Source: Bacteroidota bacterium (GTDB taxonomy: Bacteria; Bacteroidota; Bacteroidia; Flavobacteriales_D; Sanyastnellaceae). Taken from it: a stretch of 64,000 nucleotides of DNA. Numbering within the stretch: position 1 is the first letter of the stretch; each line of letters starts with the position of its first letter. The stretch lies in assembly GCA_027621555.1 (NCBI GenBank), contig JAQCBJ010000002.1, forward strand, positions 30,796-94,795, read 5' to 3'. Under the pieces are notes generated by a model. That model saw only the letters and a program-made list of their open reading frames with translations, ran no database searches and was not told the DNA's origin. The translations under genes were made by a program, and so were the position numbers. Shown one piece after another: positions 1 to 8,304 of this stretch.

Positions 1-1
1 T

Positions 2-1150
2 TTGCCGTTTTTCTTGGCCACGCACCCGCCTCACGTGGCGGAGCAATTGCTGCGCTACCGCCACAACCAATTGGACAAGGCCATCGAAAATGCGGAGAAG
101 TTGGGCTTCCGAGATGGAGCTGCACTTTACCCCATGGTCACCATGAACGGTGAGGAGTGCCACAACGAATGGGAAATCACCTTCGAGGAAATTCACCGCA
201 ACGGTGCGATGGTCCTGGCGCTCCGCAACCATGCGGAATACACGGGAGACGACGCGTATTTGAGCCGTGAAGGAGTGGAGGTGGCGGTGGCTGTGGCTCG
301 CTTTTGGGCCCAACGCGTGCATTGGTCCGAGCACCGAAAGGCGTTCGTCATGCTCGGCGTCACGGGACCCAACGAATACGAGAACAACGTCAACAACAAC
401 TGGTACACGAATTACCTCGCGGCGTGGTGCTTGCGGTACGCGGCCGATCTCGCGTCGCGATTTGATTCCGATGCTGCTCCGGACGAGCGTGATAAGTGGG
501 TCGACATCGCCAACGGCATGTGCCTGCCGCAACAAGACGGGACCGACATTCGGTTGCAACAAGACGGATTCCTAGACAAGGATTTGCGCCCGGCAGATTC
601 GCTTGCCGCGGCGGACCGGCCCATCAACCAAGTGTGGTCTTGGGATCGGATTCTTCGGTCGTGCTTCATCAAACAGGCCGATGTCCTGCAGGGCTTCTAT
701 TTCTTCCCGGACGATTTCACGGACGACGAACTGCGGAGCAATTTTGATTTCTACGAGCCGATGACCGTGCACGAAAGCAGCCTGTCGCCGTGCGTGCACG
801 CCATTCTGGCTGCACGTCTGGGGAAGGAAGACAAGGCGGTGGAGATGTACTTGCGCACGGCACGTTTGGACCTGGACGATTACAACGCCGAGGCTTACCA
901 AGGTTTGCACATCACGTCGATGGCGGGCACGTGGATGAGCGTGGTTGAAGGGTTTGGCGGGTTCCGCGTCCGCGACGGTATCCCGCACTTCAGCACCATG
1001 CTCCCCTCGTCGTGGAAGTCGTACGCGTTCAAATTGCGGTTCCGCGACCGGACGCTGGAAGTCCGAGTCTCCCCCGAGGGAGTCGCCGTGTCCCGATTGG
1101 AAGGCGATGCGCTTTCCGTGGTGGTCAACGGCGAGTCCCGCGAGGTCTGA
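2..1150 (+). CDS. Glycoside hydrolase family 65 phosphorylase (maltose/trehalose/kojibiose phosphorylase-like), C-terminal ~380 aa; the 5' end lies outside the window
   Basis: The translation carries GH65 catalytic-domain hallmarks (GVTGPNEYENNVNNNWYTNY, FDFYEPMTVHESSLS, GLHITSMAGTW). The frame is open to the window edge. Confidence 0.85.
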   Translation: MPFFLATHPPHVAEQLLRYRHNQLDKAIENAEKLGFRDGAALYPMVTMNGEECHNEWEITFEEIHRNGAMVLALRNHAEYTGDDAYLSREGVEVAVAVARFWAQRVHWSEHRKAFVMLGVTGPNEYENNVNNNWYTNYLAAWCLRYAADLASRFDSDAAPDERDKWVDIANGMCLPQQDGTDIRLQQDGFLDKDLRPADSLAAADRPINQVWSWDRILRSCFIKQADVLQGFYFFPDDFTDDELRSNFDFYEPMTVHESSLSPCVHAILAARLGKEDKAVEMYLRTARLDLDDYNAEAYQGLHITSMAGTWMSVVEGFGGFRVRDGIPHFSTMLPSSWKSYAFKLRFRDRTLEVRVSPEGVAVSRLEGDALSVVVNGESREV

Positions 1151-1152
1151 CG

Positions 1153-1818
1153 TCAATCGGCCCAGCTGCTGTTGTCGGTTCCTGGCGATCCGCCTAGGGC
1201 GTTGGATCCAATCCACGCCTCGGGCAAGGCGTTGTCCCAGCCCGGGCCTTTCCATTCCAGTGACCCACCTGCGCCGTCCGCTTCGTTGGTCCAATCGCCC
1301 GTGTCGCTGTACGTCACCACGTCCGCTTCCGTGCCGTCTGGACGCAAGAGGCGGAGGGTTTCTCCGCTGTTGTGAAGGCTTGACGTGCCCGACCATGGAA
1401 TCAACGTCACGAAGGGACCGAGCAAGGCTTGGTACGTGGCCGTGTCGTTGACGGTGAGCAGAAAGCCGCCCGCTTCAACAAACGTTCCAGCGGGGATCGT
1501 GGCGTCAACGCCGTCCGCGAGAGCCCAACCGCTCAAGTCAATGGCGAAGGGGTGAGGGTTCATCAATTCGATGAATTCAAATTCGCTGTCGGCCCCTTGT
1601 TGCGTGCTCGGGTTGTAGTGGATTTCGGAGATGACGGGGTCGTCCCAAGCGGCTTCGTTGCAGCTCAATCCGTAATCGGCAAGGAGGATTAGCAGGTCGT
1701 CGTTGTCGATGGTGGCGTTTCCATTGAGGTCGGAGCCGCATTGTCCCCAGCTCAGAAGGGAGGTCAATCCCAATCCCACGACCGACCAAGTGCGGACGTT
1801 CAAAAAGAAGTGTTGCAT
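1153..1818 (-). CDS. Secreted lamin-tail-domain (LTD) protein with an N-terminal dockerin-like Ca-loop motif
   Basis: Signal peptide MQHFFLNVRTWSVVGLGLTSLLSWGQ. LTD-like core ISEIHYNP...EFEFIELMNP...DLSGWAL...GETLRLLRPDG. Start taken at the internal ATG 1818 rather than the track start 1857. Confidence 0.7.
   Translation of the reverse strand: MQHFFLNVRTWSVVGLGLTSLLSWGQCGSDLNGNATIDNDDLLILLADYGLSCNEAAWDDPVISEIHYNPSTQQGADSEFEFIELMNPHPFAIDLSGWALADGVDATIPAGTFVEAGGFLLTVNDTATYQALLGPFVTLIPWSGTSSLHNSGETLRLLRPDGTEADVVTYSDTGDWTNEADGAGGSLEWKGPGWDNALPEAWIGSNALGGSPGTDNSSWAD
1660..1740 (-). other. Dockerin-like EF-hand motif bracketed by Cys (CGSDLNGNATIDNDDLLILLADYGLSC)
   Basis: Read from the translation. 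It has the same D-x-N/D-G-x-V/I-x-x-x-D-L-L-x-L-L-x-x-x-G-x-x-C pattern seen at 9548-9709 and 32347-32439. Confidence 0.55.
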
Positions 1819-1870
1819 GTGTTTTTGCCGGCAAGAAGCGCCGAGCAAGGGCCGCAACCGTTCAGGAGTT

Positions 1871-1901
1871 GGCAGCCGTAGGTTGGCAGTTTACGGCTGC
1901 C
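1871..1901 (-). terminator. 10-bp inverted repeat (GGCAGCCGTA / TACGGCTGCC) whose 5' arm on the minus strand includes the xth stop codon; no U-tract
   Basis: Read directly: ggcagccgta-ggttggcagtt-tacggctgcc. The xth stop TAA is at 1891-1893. Confidence 0.35.
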
Positions 1902-2655
1902 AATCGAGTGCCACGGGGCAGTGATCGCTCCCGTGCACGTCGTTGAGGATGCCGGGGTTGGAGACCTTGGCAAGGGCCCGTTCGCTCACGAGCATGTAGT
2001 CGAGGCGCCAGCCTACGTTTTTCTCACGTGCGCCCCCGCGGTAGCTCCACCAGGAGTACTTTACCGTGTCCGGGTTGGCGTGGCGCCACGAGTCGACAAA
2101 CCCTGCCTCGAGCAGGGACGTCATGCCGTCGATTTCTTGCTGGGTGTATCCAGGCGTCTTGTTGTAGTTCGCGTCGGGACGGGCCAAATCGATGGGCGCG
2201 TGCGCCACGTTCAAGTCCCCACAGCACACGACCGGTTTGTCGGCGTCGAGTTCCTTGAGGTAATCGCGAAATGCCGCATCCCATTCGCCACGAAACGGCA
2301 ACCGCTTCAGGCCAGAGCTGGCGTTGGGCGTGTACACCGTGACGAAGTGGAAGTCGGGGAATTCCAGCCGAAGCACGCGACCTTCCTGGTCGAGGTCGGC
2401 CACACCGAGACCCGCTTGAACGTGCAAAGGAGCCACCTTGGTCAGGACGGCGGTCCCGGAATACCCTTTCTTGATGGCTGAGCTTGAGAACAATTCGTAG
2501 GTGTCCCAGCCAAACAACGCTTCGCGGACTTGGTCGTCTTGGGCCTTGGTTTCTTGGAGGCCGAGCACGTCGGGCGCGAGGGCCTCGATTTGGTCGGTGA
2601 ATCCTTTTTTCGCCACGGCCCGAAGTCCGTTGACGTTCCAACTCATCAATCGCAT
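1891..2655 (-). CDS. xth: Exodeoxyribonuclease III
   Basis: MRLMSWNVNGLRA..., LGLQETK, CGDLNVAH, SDHCPV motifs of the ExoIII/APE1 family. Start taken at MRLMSWNV (2655). Confidence 0.9.
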   Translation of the reverse strand: MRLMSWNVNGLRAVAKKGFTDQIEALAPDVLGLQETKAQDDQVREALFGWDTYELFSSSAIKKGYSGTAVLTKVAPLHVQAGLGVADLDQEGRVLRLEFPDFHFVTVYTPNASSGLKRLPFRGEWDAAFRDYLKELDADKPVVCCGDLNVAHAPIDLARPDANYNKTPGYTQQEIDGMTSLLEAGFVDSWRHANPDTVKYSWWSYRGGAREKNVGWRLDYMLVSERALAKVSNPGILNDVHGSDHCPVALDWQP

Positions 2656-3728
2656 GGAGGGAAAAGGGCATCGGGGCGTTGGGCCCAACGCGCGGCAAGG
2701 TCCAGGACTTCGTCCAAGGACCCTTGTGCGAGCAGGGTGTCGCCGGTTTGATAGAGGTGATTGAGGTAGGCTTCCCCGGTTGCGAATTCGGAGGAGGGTT
2801 CCATGTTTAGGAATTGGGAAGCATCCGGGCAGGGGTGAATGTGCATCAGGGTGTAGCCTTGGGTCTCCGGGTCAAACCCCGCCACCAACATCCCTTCCAC
2901 GTCGTGGCCGAGCTCCACGGGAACGGGCAAGCGCAAGAAGAACGCACTCCACGGCCCCATGTAGCCCATGCTGAAGTAAGGGTAGAGCCACGTCTTCGAC
3001 GTGAGTCCACGCTGAGAAAGCCCTTCTGTCAGCGCTTCCGTGGCCTTGCGGATGTGAAAGGAGGTCGTGGTGTGTGGTTTGAAGTTTTCCAGTTTGGCCC
3101 AGCGCTTGTTGGCGGTGTAATGCTCCATCGCGCCCAGTTTGAGCTTGTAGTCAAACCCAGACCGTTGGTCCAAAATGTACCCCGGGTAGAACCACTTCCG
3201 TCCCGTTCTCAAGCCGTATTCCGCCTCTTTGAGCAGGGTGTAAGTGCCCAAACTGTATTTCGCGTAAGCCTCGTCGTACAGGCCGAGCAAACTGGCCATG
3301 CTCTGATCACCGAGGTCGAAATAACTCACGGCGATCAGTCGTTCGCCGTCGTAGACGCACACTTCGCGCGTGTCGAAGACCGTTCCCTGAAATCCCGCGC
3401 TGAGGTATTCTGTCAGGGTGTTGTGAATGAAGCCCTTGAAGCGTTGTTTGTGCTGAGCATACAACGCTTCTTTGTTCGCGTTGGGCTGGGCGTGGCCGTA
3501 CGTGACCGTGAAGCGATTCTCCACACGGCGCATCGTTTTTCGCTGGCGTGCCGTGGGCGCGAACTGCTCCAAGTTCATACGGATGTTCACCACACTGAAG
3601 AGCTTCTCGTCGATGCACAGCAGGTCCATTTTGTAGAGCATCACCGACCCGCGAAACCAACCCGAGGCGAGGTACTGGTCGTACCGAGCGCGCGAGAGGC
3701 TGCGGGGGAAATGCGTTTGGACGAGCAT
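2646..3728 (-). CDS. Arginyl-tRNA-protein transferase (ATE_C/Bpt)-like protein with an extra ~150-aa C-terminal domain of unknown function
   Basis: The N-terminal ~210 aa resemble the Ate1/Bpt family (YDQYLASGWFRGS..., WFYPGYILDQRSGFDYKLKLG). I did not recognise the C-terminal half. The start is supported by TACCTTAG-N4-ATG. Confidence 0.55.
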   Translation of the reverse strand: MLVQTHFPRSLSRARYDQYLASGWFRGSVMLYKMDLLCIDEKLFSVVNIRMNLEQFAPTARQRKTMRRVENRFTVTYGHAQPNANKEALYAQHKQRFKGFIHNTLTEYLSAGFQGTVFDTREVCVYDGERLIAVSYFDLGDQSMASLLGLYDEAYAKYSLGTYTLLKEAEYGLRTGRKWFYPGYILDQRSGFDYKLKLGAMEHYTANKRWAKLENFKPHTTTSFHIRKATEALTEGLSQRGLTSKTWLYPYFSMGYMGPWSAFFLRLPVPVELGHDVEGMLVAGFDPETQGYTLMHIHPCPDASQFLNMEPSSEFATGEAYLNHLYQTGDTLLAQGSLDEVLDLAARWAQRPDALFPPCD

Positions 3729-3732
3729 GGGC

Positions 3733-3740
3733 CTAAGGTA
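3733..3740 (-). promoter_or_regulatory. -7 box TACCTTAG, 4 nt upstream of the ATG at 3728 (predicted leaderless)
   Basis: The minus strand reads TACCTTAG-gccc-ATG, inside the 24-nt gap after the ALDH stop. Confidence 0.4.
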
Positions 3741-3752
3741 CGGGTCAGCAGG

Positions 3753-5153
3753 TCACAGCCAACGTTGGACAGTGCGTGCAAGCCACAAGCTCCGCGGCCC
3801 AAACGGCGGGAACGTCAGCGGCAAGATGTTGTGCCGCGACCGCTGTCGGACCACCGACCGTGCGTTGGAGAACGCCTTGAACCCTTCGTGGCCACCCGTG
3901 CGCCCCATGCCGCTGGTTTGGATCCCCCCAAACGGCAGCTCGGGTTGCGCCACCTGCAAGATCACCTCGTTGATGCCTGTCGTGCCAGCGGGGTTGGCAC
4001 GCATCCAGCGGTCCACAGCGTCGTTGTCCTTCGAGAAGAAATACATGGCTAGAGGATGCGGATTCGCGGAAACGACGCGGTTCACTTCAGCCGGATCGCT
4101 CCATCGCATTACCGGCAAAACCGGCCCAAAAATCTCCTCCTGCATGACCTTCATGTCCAACGTCACGCCGTCGAGCACCGTGGGAGCGATGCGACGTTGA
4201 GACGCGTCCCACGTGCCGCCATGGACCACGACGGCGCCCTTGCTCACGGCGTCTTCGATGAGGCCCACAACCCGGGCGAAGTGAGGGTCGTTGACCATCT
4301 TCGAACGGTCGGCGTTGTTGAGTTGCTCCTCCGCACTGGCGCCGTACATCTCCGCGATGCGATTCCCGACCTCCGCCAAGAACCGGTCCGCGATGCGATC
4401 CTCCACGAGCGCGTAGTCGGGCGCGATGCACACTTGCCCGTTGTTCAGGCATTTTCCCCAGGCCAAACGTCGGCTCGCGTCCCCCAAGTGCGCCGTCGCG
4501 TCCACCACGGCGGGGCTCTTGCCACCCAACTCCAGCGTCACAGAAGCGAGGTTCTCCGCTGCCGCCTTCATCACCTTCTTGCCAATGTTGGTGCCTCCCG
4601 TGAAACAGATGTGCTGGAAGGGCAGGGTGGTGAGTTGGGCGCTGACGTCTGGGCCGCCTAACACCACGGTGGCCACTTCAGGCGCCACGGCCTCCGCCAC
4701 AATGGCCGCGAGGACCTTGGACGTTTCCGGGGTGTGTTCCGAGGGCTTGAGGATCACCCGGTTCCCGGCCGCAAGGGCGCTTACCAAGGGGCGAAGCGTC
4801 AAAATCACCGGGAAATTCCAGGGCGAAATGATGAGCACCTGGCCCTTGGGTTCCGGTTGGACGTACGATTCGGTGCCCAACATGGCCAGGGGGGTGGAAG
4901 TGGATTTGGGTGCCATCCATCCTCGCAAGTGCTTCCGCGCGTGCGCGATTTCCGCCTTCACAGGGAACATCTCTTGCAAATGCACCTCCTCGCGAGGTTT
5001 GCCCAAATCCGCAGCCAGCGCCGCCACCAGCTTGTCTTCGTGGTTCAACACGGCATTCCAAAGGGACTTCAGCATGAGGCGCCGCTCGGAAGCGGTGGGC
5101 ACGTCGCCGAGGGCATTTCGCTGGCGGTCAAAGGCGGATTGAAGGTGTTCCAT
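3753..5153 (-). CDS. NAD(P)-dependent aldehyde dehydrogenase (ALDH3-like)
   Basis: 466 aa with ALDH motifs (ELGGKSP, FTGGTNIGKKV, EEIFGPVLPV, PFGGIQTSGMG). Confidence 0.9.
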   Translation of the reverse strand: MEHLQSAFDRQRNALGDVPTASERRLMLKSLWNAVLNHEDKLVAALAADLGKPREEVHLQEMFPVKAEIAHARKHLRGWMAPKSTSTPLAMLGTESYVQPEPKGQVLIISPWNFPVILTLRPLVSALAAGNRVILKPSEHTPETSKVLAAIVAEAVAPEVATVVLGGPDVSAQLTTLPFQHICFTGGTNIGKKVMKAAAENLASVTLELGGKSPAVVDATAHLGDASRRLAWGKCLNNGQVCIAPDYALVEDRIADRFLAEVGNRIAEMYGASAEEQLNNADRSKMVNDPHFARVVGLIEDAVSKGAVVVHGGTWDASQRRIAPTVLDGVTLDMKVMQEEIFGPVLPVMRWSDPAEVNRVVSANPHPLAMYFFSKDNDAVDRWMRANPAGTTGINEVILQVAQPELPFGGIQTSGMGRTGGHEGFKAFSNARSVVRQRSRHNILPLTFPPFGPRSLWLARTVQRWL

Positions 5154-5193
5154 GGGCAGGGAAACAAAGTAAGGGAAGGACGCCCCGTTTTGT

Positions 5194-5886
5194 TCACCTG
5201 CTCCGGAGCAGGAGGTGCTCGAACGTCTCCAGCACCTGTGGCATCAGCGAGTCGCCCTCGCCGTTTTCCAACACAACGTCGGATTGCGTCACGCGCTGCT
5301 CTCGCGACCATTGACGATTCAACCGCGCCTGGATGTCCGCTTGGGAAGGGACGGACTCGCCGCGTTTCGCAGCCCTGGCTCTGGCGCGCTCGATGCGCAC
5401 CGATTCGTCGGCTTCCACCGTGACCACGACGTCGCACGTCAGGTGGCTTCCGGACTCGAAGAGAATGGCCGCCTCGCGAACGACGATGGAAGTGGACGTG
5501 TTGGTGGCGATGCGTTGGAGCCATCGATCGAATTCGCGCGCCACCGCGGGATGGACCTGGGCTTCGAGCCAAGCCATTTCCGTCGGGTCGTGAAACACCC
5601 GCTGCGCGACTTCAGCGCGCACGAGGTCTACAGCTCGTCCCGTTTCGTCCCTCAGCGCCACAGCATCTCCCCACCGGGCGATCGCAGCTTCGCGCAGTGC
5701 AGGGTCGGTGCGGTACAGGTTTTTGGCTGCCGCGTCCGCATCCCACACCTCGGCCCCCAGAGCCTTGAACATGCGAGCCACGGTGCTTTTCCCCGCCGCC
5801 ATTCCGCCGGTCAGGCCGACCACAAGCGGCCGCCCGAGGCGAGAGGCCCGAGCGGAAGGGGAGGAAGTGTCGTGGCGGTCGTTCAC
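5194..5886 (-). CDS. coaE: Dephospho-CoA kinase
   Basis: VVGLTGGMAAGKST P-loop and CoaE-like body. The track ORF extends to 6255 but overlaps rpe. Start taken at GTG 5886 (CACCTTTG-N4-GTG); GTG 5823 (MVGLTGG...) is an alternative. Confidence 0.8.
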   Translation of the reverse strand: MNDRHDTSSPSARASRLGRPLVVGLTGGMAAGKSTVARMFKALGAEVWDADAAAKNLYRTDPALREAAIARWGDAVALRDETGRAVDLVRAEVAQRVFHDPTEMAWLEAQVHPAVAREFDRWLQRIATNTSTSIVVREAAILFESGSHLTCDVVVTVEADESVRIERARARAAKRGESVPSQADIQARLNRQWSREQRVTQSDVVLENGEGDSLMPQVLETFEHLLLRSR

Positions 5887-5890
5887 CCTG

Positions 5891-5898
5891 CAAAGGTG
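5891..5898 (-). promoter_or_regulatory. -7-like box CACCTTTG, 4 nt upstream of GTG 5886 (coaE)
   Basis: The minus strand reads CACCTTTG-cagg-GTG. Confidence 0.35.
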
Positions 5899-5949
5899 CA
5901 CTTTCTTCACACGTTGCCCACCTCGTGCGGCAAATGGCCCTCGCTTGCA

Positions 5950-5957
5950 GACCTTTG
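5950..5957 (+). promoter_or_regulatory. -7-like box GACCTTTG, 4 nt upstream of the rpe ATG
   Basis: Reads GACCTTTG-cccc-ATG(5962). Confidence 0.35.
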
Positions 5958-5961
5958 CCCC

Positions 5962-6615
5962 ATGTCCCACATCCTTGCACCTTCGCTTCTTGCGGCCGAT
6001 TTCGCCAACCTCCAACGCGACGTGGAATTGGTGAACGCCTCCGCCGCCCAGTGGTTTCACCTTGACGTCATGGACGGCGTGTTTGTGCCCAACATCAGTT
6101 TTGGCATGCCCGTGATGGAAGCCATTGCGCGCCATGCTACGAAGCCGCTCGACGTGCACTTGATGATTGTGGATCCCGACCGCTACATCCAAACCTTTGC
6201 CGACCTCGGCGCCGATGTTCTGACGGTCCACGCGGAGGCCTGCACGCATTTGCACCGCACCCTTGGCGCGATTCGTTCAGCCGGCATGAAGGCGGGGGTG
6301 GCGCTTAACCCGCACACGCCAGTGGAGTCGATTCGCGACGTGGCCAAGGATCTTGATTTGGTCTGCTTGATGAGCGTGAACCCGGGCTTTGGCGGCCAAT
6401 CGTTCATCGAGCGGACGTATGCGAAAACCCGGGCCCTTCGAACCCTTCTGACCGAAGAAGGGGCCGTCGAAGCGCACATTGAAATCGACGGCGGCGTCGG
6501 TCTTGGCAATGCAAAAGCCCTTTTGGAAGCGGGTGCTGACGTTCTAGTGGCAGGCTCCTCGGTGTTCCGGGCCTCAGATCCGATGCGGGCTGCGCACGAT
6601 CTCGTTCACCTTTGA
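5962..6615 (+). CDS. rpe: Ribulose-phosphate 3-epimerase
   Basis: MSHILAPSLLAADFANLQRDVE..., HLDVMDGVFVPNISFG, MSVNPGFGGQSF, IEIDGGV. Confidence 0.92.
   Translation: MSHILAPSLLAADFANLQRDVELVNASAAQWFHLDVMDGVFVPNISFGMPVMEAIARHATKPLDVHLMIVDPDRYIQTFADLGADVLTVHAEACTHLHRTLGAIRSAGMKAGVALNPHTPVESIRDVAKDLDLVCLMSVNPGFGGQSFIERTYAKTRALRTLLTEEGAVEAHIEIDGGVGLGNAKALLEAGADVLVAGSSVFRASDPMRAAHDLVHL
6607..6614 (+). promoter_or_regulatory. -7-like box CACCTTTG overlapping the rpe stop codon, 16 nt upstream of ATG 6631
   Basis: Reads ttCACCTTTGatcc... with the rpe TGA at 6613-6615. Confidence 0.3.
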
Positions 6616-6630
6616 TCCCCATTCAGGTCG

Positions 6631-8304
6631 ATGAGAACGGGCCTGTTTGGAGGGGTGAGCAAGCAAGGTGCTGCCTTGCCGGGTGCTGCCTTGGTTGCTG
6701 AAGGGGACTGGCATTGCACGCTGGGCTTCGTCGCTCCATCGCACCGCGTTCAACGCGCTGTGCTCCGCCGTCGTGGGACCCTGCTCCAAGGGATGCACGG
6801 GGTTTGGCTCAATCCACCAGCTTCTGAATGGGACGACGAGCGTCATGGCGATGCCGTCATGGAAACGCTTTCGAGTCCGTCCGCCTTCGAAAGCGTAGAG
6901 GGGCCGGTTCATGGGTGCTCTTGGGACGTAGAAACGCACACCCTGCTGTTGCATGCCGATTTCGCACGGCAGCATCCGTTGTTTTGGCATGCGCATCCTC
7001 AGGGGATGTTGTTCGCGTTCAGCGTGGATCGGCTGGTGTCCATGATGAAGGAATGCGGTTTGGACGTGGAACCCAGTCAGGAGGGGGCAGCGATGCTCTT
7101 GACCTACGGCTCCATCTTGGGAGACCAAACCTTGGTCCGCGGCGTGCACAAGCTCATGCCCGGTTGCACCTTGACGTGGACCCCAGACGGTTGCAGCGTG
7201 GAAGAACGTGTCCCCCTGGATCAAGGCGCGCGCGACCTTCGCAACGAGCAAGAGGCCATCGACGCATTGGATGAGGCTTTTGAGGCCTCGGTCCAAGCCA
7301 TGGTGAACGCCAACCGAGAGGCTGGTTGCGCCCAGCACAATCTCCTGAGCGGCGGGTTGGATTCACGTCTGGTGACTCTGGCCACGGCGCGGCTTCATTC
7401 CGAGGTGGAGTGCCTGTGTTTTTCCGCCAAGGGGTACCGCGACCATACGCTCAGCCAACGCATCGCGGCCGAAGGCGGCATGGGGTACCGGTTTTTCGAT
7501 TTGTCGCAGGGCCAGTACATGATGGAAACGGCGTCCGTGTGGGAATACGACGGGTGCGTGAATTACCTCGCAAGTGCGCATCACCGCGCGGCCTTGGCGA
7601 AAGCGGCCCTGCCCAACTTGGGGCTGCTTGGATCCGGCCAAGGGGCAAATGTGTTGCTGACCGACGACCCCAATTGGGAGGCCAGAGGGGAAGAGGTTCT
7701 CAACGGATTCGAGTTGTACAGCGGGGTGTTGAGCCACGCGAAACAAGCCGCCCTTAAGGTTTGGGAATCTTGCCCCAACCCGCAACGATTCAAGGTGCTC
7801 CACCGTGGCTTTCTCTACACCAATTCCGGCGCGTACAGCACGGCTGACTTTGGGGTGCTTTGGTCGCCGTTCACCTCCCAAGCGTTCGTCCAAACGGCGC
7901 TCCGGCTCGCCCCAGAATTGATTCGCCGGCAACGGGTGTACTTGGCTTGGATGGCCCAGCGATTTCCCCAAGCCTTGAACTACGCGTGGGAACGGTACGG
8001 GGTTCCCCCGGTGCAGGGGTGGCGCTTGCGCATCGCCCAAGTTTGGGCAAAAGTCCACGCCAAGCTGGGCAGGATTTGGCCTGTAGTCGCGCCTCATTCC
8101 ATGTCACCCATCCAGTCGTGGTACGACTCGTCTTCCGAAATTCAGGACTTTTACCGCGAAACTTTTCGTGAGCATCGGGATGGACTTGGCTGGCATCCTG
8201 CCTTGCGCGAGGCGGTCGAACGAGATTATGAGAAGATGTCAGTGACGAACAAAGCCTCTGTGTTGACGCTCCTGTTGGCGTCCAAATCTTGGTTCGAGAA
8301 GTGA
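6631..8304 (+). CDS. Asparagine synthetase (AsnB)-like amidotransferase-family protein lacking the N-terminal catalytic Cys
   Basis: PP-loop NLLSGGLDSRLV and an AsnB-like C-terminal domain. The N-terminus reads MRTGLFGG instead of MCG. Confidence 0.7.
   Translation: MRTGLFGGVSKQGAALPGAALVAEGDWHCTLGFVAPSHRVQRAVLRRRGTLLQGMHGVWLNPPASEWDDERHGDAVMETLSSPSAFESVEGPVHGCSWDVETHTLLLHADFARQHPLFWHAHPQGMLFAFSVDRLVSMMKECGLDVEPSQEGAAMLLTYGSILGDQTLVRGVHKLMPGCTLTWTPDGCSVEERVPLDQGARDLRNEQEAIDALDEAFEASVQAMVNANREAGCAQHNLLSGGLDSRLVTLATARLHSEVECLCFSAKGYRDHTLSQRIAAEGGMGYRFFDLSQGQYMMETASVWEYDGCVNYLASAHHRAALAKAALPNLGLLGSGQGANVLLTDDPNWEARGEEVLNGFELYSGVLSHAKQAALKVWESCPNPQRFKVLHRGFLYTNSGAYSTADFGVLWSPFTSQAFVQTALRLAPELIRRQRVYLAWMAQRFPQALNYAWERYGVPPVQGWRLRIAQVWAKVHAKLGRIWPVVAPHSMSPIQSWYDSSSEIQDFYRETFREHRDGLGWHPALREAVERDYEKMSVTNKASVLTLLLASKSWFEK

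Noticed and set aside
2814-4052. Long ORFs antisense to, or out of frame with, confidently assigned genes. Examples are 572-1396 (minus), 2814-4052 (plus), 15075-16073 (plus), 20554-21783 (minus), 44617-45660 (plus), 46118-47164 (plus), 47673-49103 (plus), 59367-60371 (minus) and 60789-62234 (minus).
   Set aside because: These are typical shadow ORFs of GC-rich DNA. Their translations are Arg/Gly/Pro/His-rich with no recognisable motifs. Each is fully covered by a gene with clear family signatures on the other strand or frame.
6631-8304. The AsnB-like protein as a lasso-peptide cyclase (McjC-like), which would imply a RiPP cluster.
   Set aside because: There is no transglutaminase-like B protease, no PqqD-like RRE, no plausible short precursor ORF and no ABC exporter nearby. 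The neighbour is a Wzx-type flippase, so a glycan-related role is more economical.
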